DNA of 63,729 bases, filler included, from Octopus bimaculoides (Eukaryota): the NCBI RefSeq assembly GCF_001194135.2. It is 6 parts of 6 records of this genome, joined end to end, with 100 filler letters (N's around TTAATTAATTAA, not from the genome) between each part and the next. Parts side by side here need not be neighbours in the genome. Positions count along the whole stretch, not along the records: positions 1 to 23,336 come from NC_069005.1; positions 23,437 to 32,437 come from NC_068990.1; 4 more parts are not named here. One strand, 5' to 3'. This document shows, piece after piece, positions 13,400 through 24,874 of this stretch. How positions within the stretch are numbered: the first letter of the stretch is position 1; each line of letters begins with the position of its first letter. A program made the position numbers and the translations under genes. The notes beneath the pieces are model-generated. The model had not been told where the DNA came from. It worked only from the letters and a program-made list of their open reading frames with translations, and made no database searches.

Positions 13400-14350
13400 G
13401 AACCCTTTTCTTCAACAATCTTCCTCCACTGTTTTGGCAACCTTAATATATTTTCTGATTAGAATTTCTGTGTAGCTTCCTGCAAAAAAGAAATTGTCCA
13501 CATGGTTTTTGATATAATCTTTTGATGATACCATAAAGAAAATTTTGCAATGAATGGAATAAATGTAAGTCTGAAGGTGTAACATCTGGTGCTTATGGAG
13601 GATGAGACCGTGTTTCCCACCAAAAAATTTGGTCAATTTTGTCAAGTGGCAAAATAACTATTGATGTCTAATGTGAGGTAAAACATCTTTTATTTTTTAT
13701 GCTTGTTAATGTTGGACATCTTTGTTGGGCCTCTCAGTTCAGTTGATCCAACTGTTTGTGAGCAATATATGTATCCTGAACAGAATATACATACACACAT
13801 ATGCACACACAGAAAAAAATTATTGGTATCATCAGTTTTTGTTTGTTTTTTGTTAAAAGCTTGTAAAATATTAAACCATTCCAATTCCATTAGATTTACA
13901 TCATCACATTTTGGGGTAATAAGACCTGTTCTAGGAATGGTTAGATTTGCTTTCCCTTGTTTAATCCCAAATCTTTCCCATACACTTTTGAAATTCATGA
14001 TCCATTTATTATCATCTTTTACAATTTCCTTTAAAATAGGTGAGATCTCAAGGCATTAGATATCCATTTCATTAAATTCTTTTCTCATCAGATCATATGG
14101 AACCCAAAAGTTGTAGTGGCCTATTGTACCCCAATTTCTTCAACTGCTCAAAAACAATTATTGACAAACCCCAAATTATAACCATCTCTCTAACGGTATA
14201 ATGTGGGTTTTCATTGCTAGCAGACATAATTCTGTTATCATCAACAGTTGATGGCCACCTAGAATAGTCTTCCTCTTGGCATCTGAAATGTCCCAAACTG
14301 TATAGCACATCTGCAAAAAGCTTTCATTTAACACAGCTTCTCCATATACA
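13400..14350 (-). pseudogene. mariner transposase relic
   Basis: HTH-like EEDYSRWPSTVDDNRIMSASNENPHYTVREM..LKKLGY; PILKEIVKDDNKW (first catalytic D region); WETRSHPP*APDVTPSDLHLFHSLQNFL (YSPDLAPSD motif). Multiple stops and frameshifts. Confidence 0.9.
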
Positions 14351-16019
14351 GCACATATTTCTCAGGTTGGGTGGGCAGTACCTTTTTTTCCCCCCTTAAT
14401 AACAGAGCATAATATGATGAAAGTTCATCTGATTTTAGACTTCCCCAGATAAAAACAAATTGCTAAAAATTAATCATTTCAGACTAGAGATGACAAATCT
14501 TGCACTTAGAAACTACTGTTTGATTAATCAAAATATTATGCCTTAAATGTTTGTTTTACATATGAAAATTTCTGAATGAATTTTCCAGACTTCACAATAT
14601 GAGTCAGTTAGTCATACTGTATTCTTGCCAACAGTCAGATTCTATACAACCAAAGAATGCAATAGATCCACTCTACTAGCAGAAAACTCAAGGTTTTGGA
14701 TAAGGTTCAAATTTAAAAAATGATGAATTATACATACACACACATATATCTATATGCATGTATATGTATGTGTATATGTATGTATGTGTGTATTGCCAAT
14801 AGAATAGGCCAAAATGGAGGAAGTTGCCTCTAATTTAAAAAAAAGTTAAATATAAAAAAAAATGTTCATAAAAAGCTCACCGGAAAGTTTCAATATTGCC
14901 AAAATACTTAAGTTATAGAATTATGTTTAATTAAATTAATTTAAAAAATATTAAATGATAAATATAGACTTTGATTTAGGGAAAAAATCCACAGTAAAAA
15001 AAAAAAAAAAGGAAAAATATGAATCATCATATTTTTTTATTGTTGGTATGATTTACATATGAGAATGTATTTGTATTATTAAAATAACTATACTGTGAAC
15101 ATGAGAGATAAGTTCAATTAATTTGGATTTTTTACTGAGACAAACTATAATTTTATTTCAAGAGGAATCAAGATGGTTTTCAAATAGAAAATATAAAAAT
15201 TAGGTCATTTCAATAATTACTGATTTTAACATAGTCATAGGAGCTCAAATTTAGAGGAAAGCTTAAGATTACCTCCAGTTTGAGACTGATTACACTGTGT
15301 AACAAAATTTTTGTCCTTGGGTAGAAACTGTTATTTCCTATTTGCTTATCCCTAGTGAGTATGAAAAATGGCTAATATTTTTTTTCAAGCATTGCTTTTC
15401 TTACATTTATTTCAACTCCAAAGAGTCCCTCTCAACACATGGCTATGATGCTCCCCCCACTACTACTACTCATGATCAGAGATGCACATATTGTCAGCCA
15501 CTAAGGGACATGCTGAAATGCTTAAGGTCAAGCATTAATAAGCAAATCTGTGCTATTGATCAGAATATTTGCTATAATGATATTTCTGCTTCAACAACTC
15601 AGCACTGAATCTGTCTGAAATGTAATGGAAAATAGGTCAGTTTCAAACCATTGATGTCCAGGTCACAAAAGCAAAAGTAGAAGGGAATAGTAGTCACTTC
15701 CTTTGATTTCTAGATAGAAGCAAATTTGAAATAAGACTTATTGACCAAAGACAAAAAATATAAATTTTAAAAATTTTGTTACACAGTGTAATTAATATTA
15801 CTGACTATGGGAAAATGAAAGATAATGTTGATCCAGAAAGGATACAAAAGAGAGTATTATAGAATTGATTAAGATCATCTCCAGTATATTACTGGTACTT
15901 AATTTCATTCACCATGGAAAGATGAACGGAAAAATTAACACCAAAGGGATTCAAAATTAAAACATAGTGATGTGTAATTAATTATCACAAAGTTATTTCA
16001 TTCAACACATCCAATCACC

Positions 16020-16180
16020 TACCACATCATCATCATCATCGTTGAACGTCCGCTTTCCATGCTAGCATGGGTTGGACGATTTGACTGAGGACTGGTGAAA
16101 CCGGATGGCAACACCAGGCTCCAGCCTGATTTGGCAGAGTTTCTACAGCTGGATGCCCTTCCTAACGCCAACCACTCACA
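16020..16180 (-). mobile_element. 3' tail of an RTE-type SINE/LINE (family D)
   Basis: (CAT)n + CGTTGAACGTCCGCTTTCCATGCTAGCATGGG...; near-identical to 20523-20690. Confidence 0.8.
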
Positions 16181-16540
16181 CCTAATAATTCTTTCTGTTA
16201 TAGCCACAAGGCCTGAAATTTGGAGGGAGGGGACCAGTCAATAATACTGACCCCAGTGCTCAACTGGTGCGTATTTATTTTATGGACCCTGAAAGGATGA
16301 AAGGCAAAGTCAACCTCAGTCAAAGCAAAGGCAATGTCAAAGTCAGGACATAAAGCTGGGAGAATACTACCAAGCATTTTGTCCAGCCTTCTAGTGATTC
16401 TGCCAGCTCACTGCTTTATAATAACACTTAAAAAAATGAGAGAGAAAGAAGAGAGAGAGAAAGGGGGGAATTAAAGGAAAAAAAATGTTTTTAGATATAA
16501 AATTTTCGACAAAGAAGATACAGAGAATTACATGATAAAA

Positions 16541-16875
16541 ATAACAAGAGCACTCACAGAGCGCAAACCTCTGCCAAGGCAACACCAACGTCCTCTCAAC
16601 GATGAGCCAGAGATGGTTTTTAATACGAGAATATCTGAAATGAACCCGACTGCTCTCAAAATTAAGTAAAAAAAAAAAAAAACAGGAAAAATAATCCAGA
16701 ATCCTTGTCTAGTACCAGATCAATCCCAAATTCTAATTAGTTTGTGCCAGTCATGAGGCCAAACATCTCTGAAAGTTTCATCCAAATCCATCTGGTGGTT
16801 CTTGAGATATCTTGTCCATGGACAAACAAACATGAATGAAAACAATACCTCTGACTTCGCTAAGGCAGAGGTAAT
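16541..16875. mobile_element. Helentron/DINE-1-like non-autonomous element
   Basis: Subterminal IR ACCTCTGCC (16567-16575)/GGCAGAGGT (16864-16872); 3' stem-loop ACCTCTG..CAGAGGT; AAAGTTTCATCCAAATCC motif; inserted in AT-rich (TAA) context. Confidence 0.65.
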
Positions 16876-17310
16876 ACTACTAATAATAATAATGATAACA
16901 ACAATAATAATAATAATCCTTTCTACTATAAGCACAAGGCCTGAAATTTGGGGGAGGGGTTAGTCGATTAACTCGACCCCAGAACTCAACTGGTACTTAA
17001 TTTATTGACCCCGAAAGGATGAAAGGCAAAGTTGACCTCAGTGGGATTTAATATCAATAATGATTATTATTATTATTATTATTATTGAGTGAGAGAGAAG
17101 TGCATACCATTAAAATGACGCTGGGGTACAAATATACGAAGTCCAATATACCCATTGGATAAGGGTATACGGGGCACATGCATCACAAGTACATGTGAGT
17201 GACATGGTCACCTCATACCAAGATAAATAGTTTACAACATTATAATTATTATTATTATTATTTGGAATATGCCTAGTATAGAATGGATATATCATAGATC
17301 AAATGTCTAC

Positions 17311-17452
17311 TCAGTGCTGCCTTAGCAGCATTATGGACCCTTGGGCAAATCAATGAACTGAACCCTATAGTATATATTTATTGACATCAGATAGATTAGA
17401 CCTACAATACCCCTGGGTAGCTTGCCTTGTGTGCCAGTGCCTAAGATCGCAC
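17311..17452. mobile_element. Short decayed MITE (hAT-like termini)
   Basis: Ends CAGTGCTGCCTTA ... TAAGATCGCACG form an imperfect IR; internal CCCT(T)GGG motifs near both ends. Confidence 0.35.
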
Positions 17453-17792
17453 GCAATGTGTGTACTCAATACATGTTTTGGTTAAATAAACATTTTTATT
17501 AATAAAAGGGATCATCATCATTAATATTAAAACAAATCATAATTATCATTATTATTATTAATGATTTCAAATTTTGGCACAAGGTCGGCAATTGGGGGGG
17601 GGAGTGGGGGTTAAATCAATTACATTGACCCCCCCCCCCCCAGTGCTTCACTGTTACCTATTTATCAACCCTGAAAGGATGAAAGGCAAAGTTGACTTTG
17701 GAGGAATTTAAACTCAGAACATAAAGGCAGATGGAATACTGTTAAGCATTTTGCCTGGCGTACTAATGATTTTGACAGCTTGCCTCCTGAAT

Positions 17793-17847
<55 letters not shown>

Positions 17848-18061
17848 GAAATTATCGTTGGAGGAGACAATCCTTTCAAAGTCAAATTTAGTTTGAGTTT
17901 TAGATCAAAGAATAAGAATCAGAACAATTGACTGTGTATTTTCTGAATTTCTTTATTTTATAAAATTCAGACTCACAGTTCAGCCTTAATTTAATCCAGA
18001 AGGGGTTGTCTCCCCCTATGATAGCTAACCACTAGGGGTACACACGCATAAATTATCATTA

Positions 18062-18515
18062 TTAAGCATAATCATTTCGAAGTTTTTCTGCAGTAGTTTC
18101 ATGTGAGTTTTTATTACACCACCTGGCACACCTCAATGTTCCTGAGGTGTATGTGTCATTGTGTTTTTGCTTTTGTGGGGATTGGGTGAATGCAGTCTCC
18201 TCCTGTTGGTGCACTGTATCAGCTTGTTTTGTAACGGGATTTAGCTTCTTGTTTTCTTTTGATTCTATTAATGTATATGTTCTGGCATGCATGGTGAACA
18301 TAATGTGATTTTCGTTATTTTATTGGGCCTCAATCTTGAATAGTATACACTGCAGGATGCATGTTATGCATAGAGATTGTTCTGTTAGAGCTATTCTATC
18401 AAATTGTAAGTTTTTCTACTGAATTGATAGTATCTTGCACAAAATACTGACTGTTCCTAGCAAAGCTACATTTTAGGCAGCGTGTAGTGTTGTGAGCCCT
18501 GCTATGGATTCTATG
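18062..18515 (-). mobile_element. R4/Dong-clade LINE 3' fragment (ORF C-terminus plus 3' UTR)
   Basis: Minus strand IESIAGLTTLHAA*NVALLGTVSILCKILSIQ* (18515-18416) resembles the QKxALLGTAHILRKVL terminus; flanked by TTA/TAA repeats. Confidence 0.7.
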
Positions 18516-18532
18516 TTTTTCATATTTTATTG

Positions 18533-18565
<33 letters not shown>

Positions 18566-18566
<1 letters not shown>

Positions 18567-19350
18567 AGCGGTGAGCTGGCAGAATTGTTAGCATATGGGG
18601 CAAAATGCTGAGCAGCATTTCATCTGTTGTTATGTTCTGAGTTCAAATTCCACCTAAGTCGACTTTACCTTTCATCCTTCAAGGGTTAATAAAATAAGTA
18701 TCAGTCATCCCCCAAAATTTCAGGACTTGTACCTATAGCAGAAAGGATTATTATTATTATTAAGATTGTGAGCTGGCAGAATTGTTCACTTGCCAGACAA
18801 AATGTGTATCACCATTTTGTCTGTCTTTACATTCTGGGTTTAAATGCTGGTGAGGTCGACAGTGCCTCATCCCTTTGAGGTCAATAAAATAAGTAGCATT
18901 CAAGTACAGGGGTCAACGTAATCAACTGACTCCTCTCCTCAAAATCTGCTGGCTTTGTGACAAAATTTGAAACCATTATTATTATGGCAGTGAGTTGGCA
19001 GAATTGTTAGCACATCAGACAAAATGCTTAGCGGCATTTTTCTGTCTTATTGTCTGAATTCAAATTCTGTCAAGGTCGACTTTTCCTTTCATCCTCTTGG
19101 GGTCAATAAATTAAGTATCAGTGAAACGCTGGGGTCGATGTAATCAACTAGTCCCCTCTCCAAAATTTCAGGCCTTGTGCCTTTAGTAGGAAGGGTTGTT
19201 AATATTATTATTATTATCAACAAGGCGGTGAGCTGGCAGAATCATTAGCATGTCAGACGAAATGCTTATCAGCATTTGTCTGTCTATGTGCCAAGTTCAA
19301 ATACCTCCAAGGTCAACTTTGCTTTTCATCCTTTCAGAGTCAATGAAATA
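18566..19350 (+). mobile_element. Head-to-tail array of four SINE family B copies
   Basis: GTGAG(C/T)TGGCAGAAT heads at about 18570, 18765, 18990 and 19225, separated by (TTA)n. Confidence 0.9.
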
Positions 19351-20123
19351 AATATATGTTTATATATACAAACAGGGTAAAGAATACTCGATATTTATAG
19401 CAGAATTTATTTAGTTGTTTAAAAAATTTGAAGATTACCATCTTGGCTATTATGCCGAGTTTCATAATTTTGTGCATTCTTTCAGGTAACAGAAACAAAA
19501 TTTCTTTTTCTTTTTTTCTGTTGACTGAAAAAATAATGGATAAAACACAAGAAACTCATGGTAGTGACAGTGTGAAGCATCAGCTTTGGACAAACATATT
19601 CTTTTCTTTTTAGTTTTCCTTCATTTAATGATGTTTCGGTCATTGGAATGAGGCCATGCTGTAGCATGGTCATGACTTTAAATTGCAACCAGTTGTGAAG
19701 CCCTGGTTTGAGAGGTCCAAAGGTTTAAAAAGTGTGAAACCAACTCTTAGCCACTGTTGTCCCCTGGTCTACTCTGACCCAGGGTAGTAGCACCTGTCGA
19801 GGTTCCAACAATGGTTTAATTAGTATATATTAGAGCTTGCCTACTTATGTATGTGAAGACTGGATCCAGTGGACTCTGCAGAAAAAACCTTTTTGGTTCA
19901 ACAGAGAGAAAGCCAGCTGCAGCAACAGATTGCGAAGGGCAGATATCAAAATGAGGCAAAAGTAAGATGTTTTGGTCATTCTGTGCATCTGTCTCCACTA
20001 CCAGTTGTCTTGACCTGGTTTTGCCACTGGACTGAAGATGGTCACAGGTAAGAGAGTGAGGGTGAGGGTGTGCAACTCTTTCTCACCTTAAACAAAGTCA
20101 CTGCACAAATCATAAATCACCCT

Positions 20124-20724
20124 AAACTCTTTAGCATTCAGATTAATCTATCTAATAAAAAGTGTATTTATTCACAGATTGTTTTGAATTAATCATGCAT
20201 TATCTTGTAGCTTTGGGAATTCAATGATCTGATTGTTTATTTTTAAGATGATATTCTAGGACGAGTGTGAGAGACCAGATTCGGATCAGTTTGAATATAA
20301 AATAGGTAGAATATGGCTGGATTAATCCTTTTGATACCAACCCAGCTGAAACTGCCTCTAGCACTGTAGTACAAATGTCATGTTTTCAAAAGTTCTGGAT
20401 TAAAATCTTCCCACAAACCTTAGTCACAATTTATGTTCTTAACACTAGCTTAATGATAACTAAGTTATTTTACTAAATTCTTTGTTACATTTAAAATTAA
20501 TTGAAAGAAACACAGAACATCTCAACAGAAATCATCATCATCATCATCATCGTTTAACGTCCACTTTCCATGCTAGCATGGGTTGGACGATTTGACTGAG
20601 GACTGGTGAAACCAGATGGCTACACCAGGCTCCAATCTGATTTGGCAGAGTTTCTACAGCTGGATGCCCTTCCTAACGTCAACCACTCCGAGGGGGTAAA
20701 AAGGGTTATATGCCAAAGAGTTCA
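20124..20724. mobile_element. piggyBac-like MITE containing a second MITE (20326-20705) that contains a SINE tail (20523-20690)
   Basis: Outer ends TAAACTCTTTAGCATT/ATGCCAAAGAGTTCAA; inner ends TTAA-TCCTTT/AAAGGG-TTAT; the inner body matches 21934-22032. Confidence 0.65.
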
Positions 20725-21459
20725 ACACAACTAGATGGTCTTCGTCACTCTAGCAGACAAATATGATGGGGTACGTTATCATTATTATTTAAAATCAAAC
20801 TAAGCTTAACTAACAGATTAAGAAATAGGTTAAGAATAATAACACATTTTGATATGAATTTGTTATGAAGGTGCATGCCCTAGTGGTGAGGACATTGGGC
20901 TGACAATAATTAGATTTCAATCCTCAGATATAGTGGCATATTGTGCTGTTGAGCAAGGCTTTTAATTTCGTTCCAGCCCACTTTGCTGAAAAGAAATGCA
21001 AGTGGTAGCTGGCATAGGGTCTCTTGTCCAGAAGGGGTTGATGAGATGTTATACTTTCAGGTGCCTAAATAATATAAACCAAAATAAACTCTGGTTTCGT
21101 GTATTGTAGGTGCAAGGTAGACTTTAATAAGAATATGTTAAATTAGATGTTGTTTATATTTTTATCCTAAACTGAAAAAGATTTATTGAATAAAAACTTA
21201 TATTTATCTGTGAGATAGTAAAAGATTTTTTTGAATGTGTCAATCAATTATTACACAGAAATTGAAGGCAGAAAAAAAAAACCGTAAGAAAACCTTGAGA
21301 GAGAAAGGCACGTTTTGTCTTATTTGAGAGGGGTTAAGGAAAAGGAAACTTTTGCAAGCATCAATATTCTAAGTCAGAAAAGCACAAGCGTGGACAGCAT
21401 GACACAAACTCAAGAGAATATGAAACTCCAGACTGTTTGAAAGGAACAAAAATCAAACC

Positions 21460-21733
21460 AGACTGTCCCTTGCCACAGTTGAGTCAGTGCTCTTGAATGG
21501 CAATGAAATGTGGACACTTACCAAACAAGAAAAGAAGAGTTTAGATGTCTGCTAACATGAGGATGCTATGAATGGCCCTGGATACAAAATGGCAGTAGAA
21601 CATGACCAATGAGCATCTCAATGGAAGCCTTCCAGAAGTGGCTAACAAGATCAAAGAATAATGTCTCTGGATATCAGGTCATTGCATGTGACACCTGGAA
21701 GAAGAAGCATCAAAACTTGTGCTCTGGGACCCA
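21460..21733 (+). pseudogene. RTE-clade LINE ORF2 C-terminal relic
   Basis: ATVESVLLNGNEMWTLTKQEKKSLDVC/RML*MALDTKWQ*NMTNEHLNGSLPEVANKIKE*CLWISGHCM*HLEEEASKLVLWDP. Confidence 0.85.
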
Positions 21734-21784
21734 CACTTCTCAACCACCCAGCAATGCTTGGATCTATAATAATAAATAATAAGG

Positions 21785-22562
21785 ATTCTTCCTAGAATAG
21801 GCACAAGGCTTTAATCCTGGGAGAGGGGTCTCGTTGACTATATCGACCCCAGGACTTGGTAGGTGCTTTATTTTATTTTATTGACCCCAAAAGGATGAAA
21901 TGCTAAGTTGACATAGACAGGATTTGAGCTTAACCCTCTTGATATTAACTCGGCTGAAACCGCCTTTGGCTCTGTAGTAGAAACGTCTTAGTCACAATTT
22001 ATGTTCCTAAAAGAAATATAGTAACAAAAGGGTTAACACAAAAATCTGGAAGAGATGCTGTCAAGCATTTTGTACGACATGGTAACAATTCTGCCAAATA
22101 GCCATCTTAATAATAATGGTTTCTTATTTTGGCACAAGGCCAGCAATTTGAGGGGAAGGGGATAAGTTGTTTACTTCAACCCGTGTTTAACTGGCACTTA
22201 TTTTAATGACCCTGAAAGGATGAAAGCCAAAGTCAGCCTTGGCAGAATCTGAACTCAGAACATAGAGATTGACAAATGTTGCTAAGCACTTTGCCCAGTG
22301 TGCTGACAATTCTGCTAGCACACCACCCTGAATATCCAGATTAACTCAGTGCCCATGGTCCTTTTTTTTAGGACCAGAAGGATAATCCATCATAATTCTG
22401 CAACACATGTATTTTTCCGAGATATTTTTAGTCAGTCATCAAGACTGGAGTATCTTTCAAATATTGTAAAAGAATTTTTTTTATATATTTAGTATCAGAT
22501 GAAGTTGTATAAAAAAAAGATTTTTGGTACTAAATTAAATAAAAAAAATTTGGGCACTAATA

Positions 22563-22613
<51 letters not shown>

Positions 22614-22830
22614 TCTACTATAGGCACAAGGTTTGAAATTTTGGGAGGGAAGGTGATCATTGATTATACTGAACCCCAGGGCTCAACTAGTACTTATTTC
22701 ATCAACCCCAAAAGGATGAAAGGCAAGGTCTACCTTAGTGGAATTTGAACTCAGAATGTAAAACTGGAAGAAATGTTGCTAAGCGTTTCGTCCAGTGTGC
22801 TAACAATTCTGGCAGCTTGCCACCTTAATA
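21785..22830 (-). mobile_element. Three co-oriented SINE family B copies
   Basis: Copies at about 21785-22100, 22115-22330 and 22610-22825, each next to (TAA)n. Confidence 0.85.
21934..22032. mobile_element. Deleted piggyBac-like MITE inserted in a SINE
   Basis: TTAA (21930-21933) CCCT...AGGG TTAA (22033-22036). Confidence 0.75.
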
Positions 22831-23336
22831 ATAATAATGATGATGATAATGGTAGAGGTGATGGTGAAGATAATGATGATGGTGGTGGTAGTGATGACTT
22901 TGATGCTATTTTTTTAATAATACAATCATATTTTTTCAAACTATAAAAATTAGATTCAGAGATAGAAACCTTTCCCATATTTACATGTTTCAACCTAGAC
23001 ATGCATTAGTACGTAGTATTCTTTTGTTTAGGAGGTTTCCTAATTCAGACTCGTTCTGGGACCATTAACATATCCGAGAATATCATGATTGCAATGTGGT
23101 ACAGGAATAAATGTTTTGAAAAAAAGAAATACTCTAAATGAAGTTGGGGACATGCTTTCTTTCACCAATGATTTTTTGAGAAATGCCAACCCATGTGCTT
23201 AAGACATTTACTTCACAAGCAGTTGGATCCACATGATTTATATATATATATATATATATACATACACACACACATATATATATATATACATACTTACATA
23301 CATACATATATATATACATACATATACACACACACA

Positions 23337-23436
23337 NNNNNNNNNNNNNNNNNNNNNNNNNNNNNNNNNNNNNNNNNNNNTTAATTAATTAANNNNNNNN
23401 NNNNNNNNNNNNNNNNNNNNNNNNNNNNNNNNNNNN
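23337..23436. other. Artificial scaffold-joining spacer
   Basis: 44 N + TTAATTAATTAA + 44 N. Confidence 0.95.
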
Positions 23437-23862
23437 CGTAAGAAGGGATTTTGTGTCTTTAATTTGTTGTTGTGTGAATGTCACTATTGTTCTTTTTTCC
23501 TTTAGAGCATTTGCGAAATTTGTCTTTGTTGTGCTGGCGGACATGTTCTTTTGAATATTTTTGTTTATGTTGGTGTATATACTGCCTGGTTCAAAGGTGG
23601 TGGTAGTGGCAGCAGAGTTTGTTGAACAGGTGGTGGTGTCGGTGCTGACGGCCGATAAATTTGCGTCCTTGCTGTTGTTGTTTTTGTTGTTGTTGTTGTC
23701 GTTGTTGGTGGTGGTGGTGGTGGTGATGATGGCGTCAGCACAAATTTTGCTTACGTCAGAGACATTTGTGACGGTTTTTACGCATGGTTTTGTAACCTTA
23801 GTTACAGTTTTGTTTTTGTTGTTGGTGTTGGTGGTGGTGAGAGGGCTGTTAACAGTATCCAT
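23437..23862 (-). CDS. Thr/Asn-rich ORF N-terminus truncated by the scaffold end; possible LINE ORF1 (gag-like) or coding exon
   Basis: Frame open from 23967 to the scaffold edge; ATG at 23862; low-complexity region followed by NFANALKEKRTIVTFTQQQIK. Confidence 0.4.
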
Positions 23863-24240
23863 GACGTTGACAGCTTTGACTTTAGAATCTGTTGCTTCAT
23901 TCTTTTTTTTCGATGTTTGTTGTTGTTTTGGTGTGTGTGCACGTGCATGATTTATTTTTTTGTTCTCCTAGCGTCTCAAGTCTAGGAAAATGTTCGTTCA
24001 TCAAAGTTTCTTTCCAGCGTTCTATGACTATGTTTCTCGACATTTTTCAATGTCGAGAAGAAAATATATAATTTTTAAAAGGTTGAAACTGCCCCTGGGG
24101 GCCAATTCCTACCTTGAAAACACAATAAAAAGAAAGTTGGGTGCTTCACACACCTTATATACAAAAATTCCAACAAAATGTGGACAATATAAGGTCAAAT
24201 AAACATTTACCTCTGCAGCCGATGTGACAGCACGTCCGTC

Positions 24241-24242
<2 letters not shown>

Positions 24243-24322
<80 letters not shown>
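24243..24322 (+). repeat. (GATA)n microsatellite
   Basis: Direct reading. Confidence 0.95.
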
Positions 24323-24842
24323 TTGTTAGTGTTTGTGTGACGTCTTTCGCAACTCCTTGCCCTCTGGTGTCTACAACACATCATGTCTTTGGTAACATTT
24401 CGCTTACTGTCAATAGGCATCTATCTTTGGCACCAACATTTCCAAGAACAGGATGCAAATATAGCACATACGTATTGTTTTCTATAATGAAAACCATTAA
24501 ATTCTCTCTGAAACTAATGGTTTCTATTTTTACTTGTTGTCTGCCTGTCAATAAAACTAATTTGTCACTTAGTGAAAATATTCCTATTTTTACTTGTTTT
24601 TCACATTTTCATTCATTGTGTTATACTTTCTTTTCATTCTGGTATTTTTTTCATGATTTTTGTTCTTTTCCGCTCATTTGTTCTTTGTTCTTTAGTTTGT
24701 TATTTAATATTAAATCTCACTTGATGCTTTAATATGTGTGTGTATGTGTATTTGTGTGTGTTTTTAGTCTCTCTGTATCACATACACACACATACATACA
24801 CACGCAAACGCACAGATCATCTCATATGTATGTGTGTATGTT

Positions 24843-24874
<32 letters not shown>

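Larger units (their letters stand above)
16205..17790 (-). mobile_element. Three SINE family B copies (about 16205-16410, 16915-17050, 17560-17790) with intervening repeats
   Basis: Repeated CACAAGG..AAATT..GGGG...GAAAGGATGAAAGGCAAAGT motif, each next to (TAA)n. Confidence 0.8.

Noticed and set aside
23561-23950. 129-aa hydrophobic plus-strand ORF
   Set aside because: Antisense shadow of the Thr/Asn-rich minus ORF (GTT/GGT repeats).
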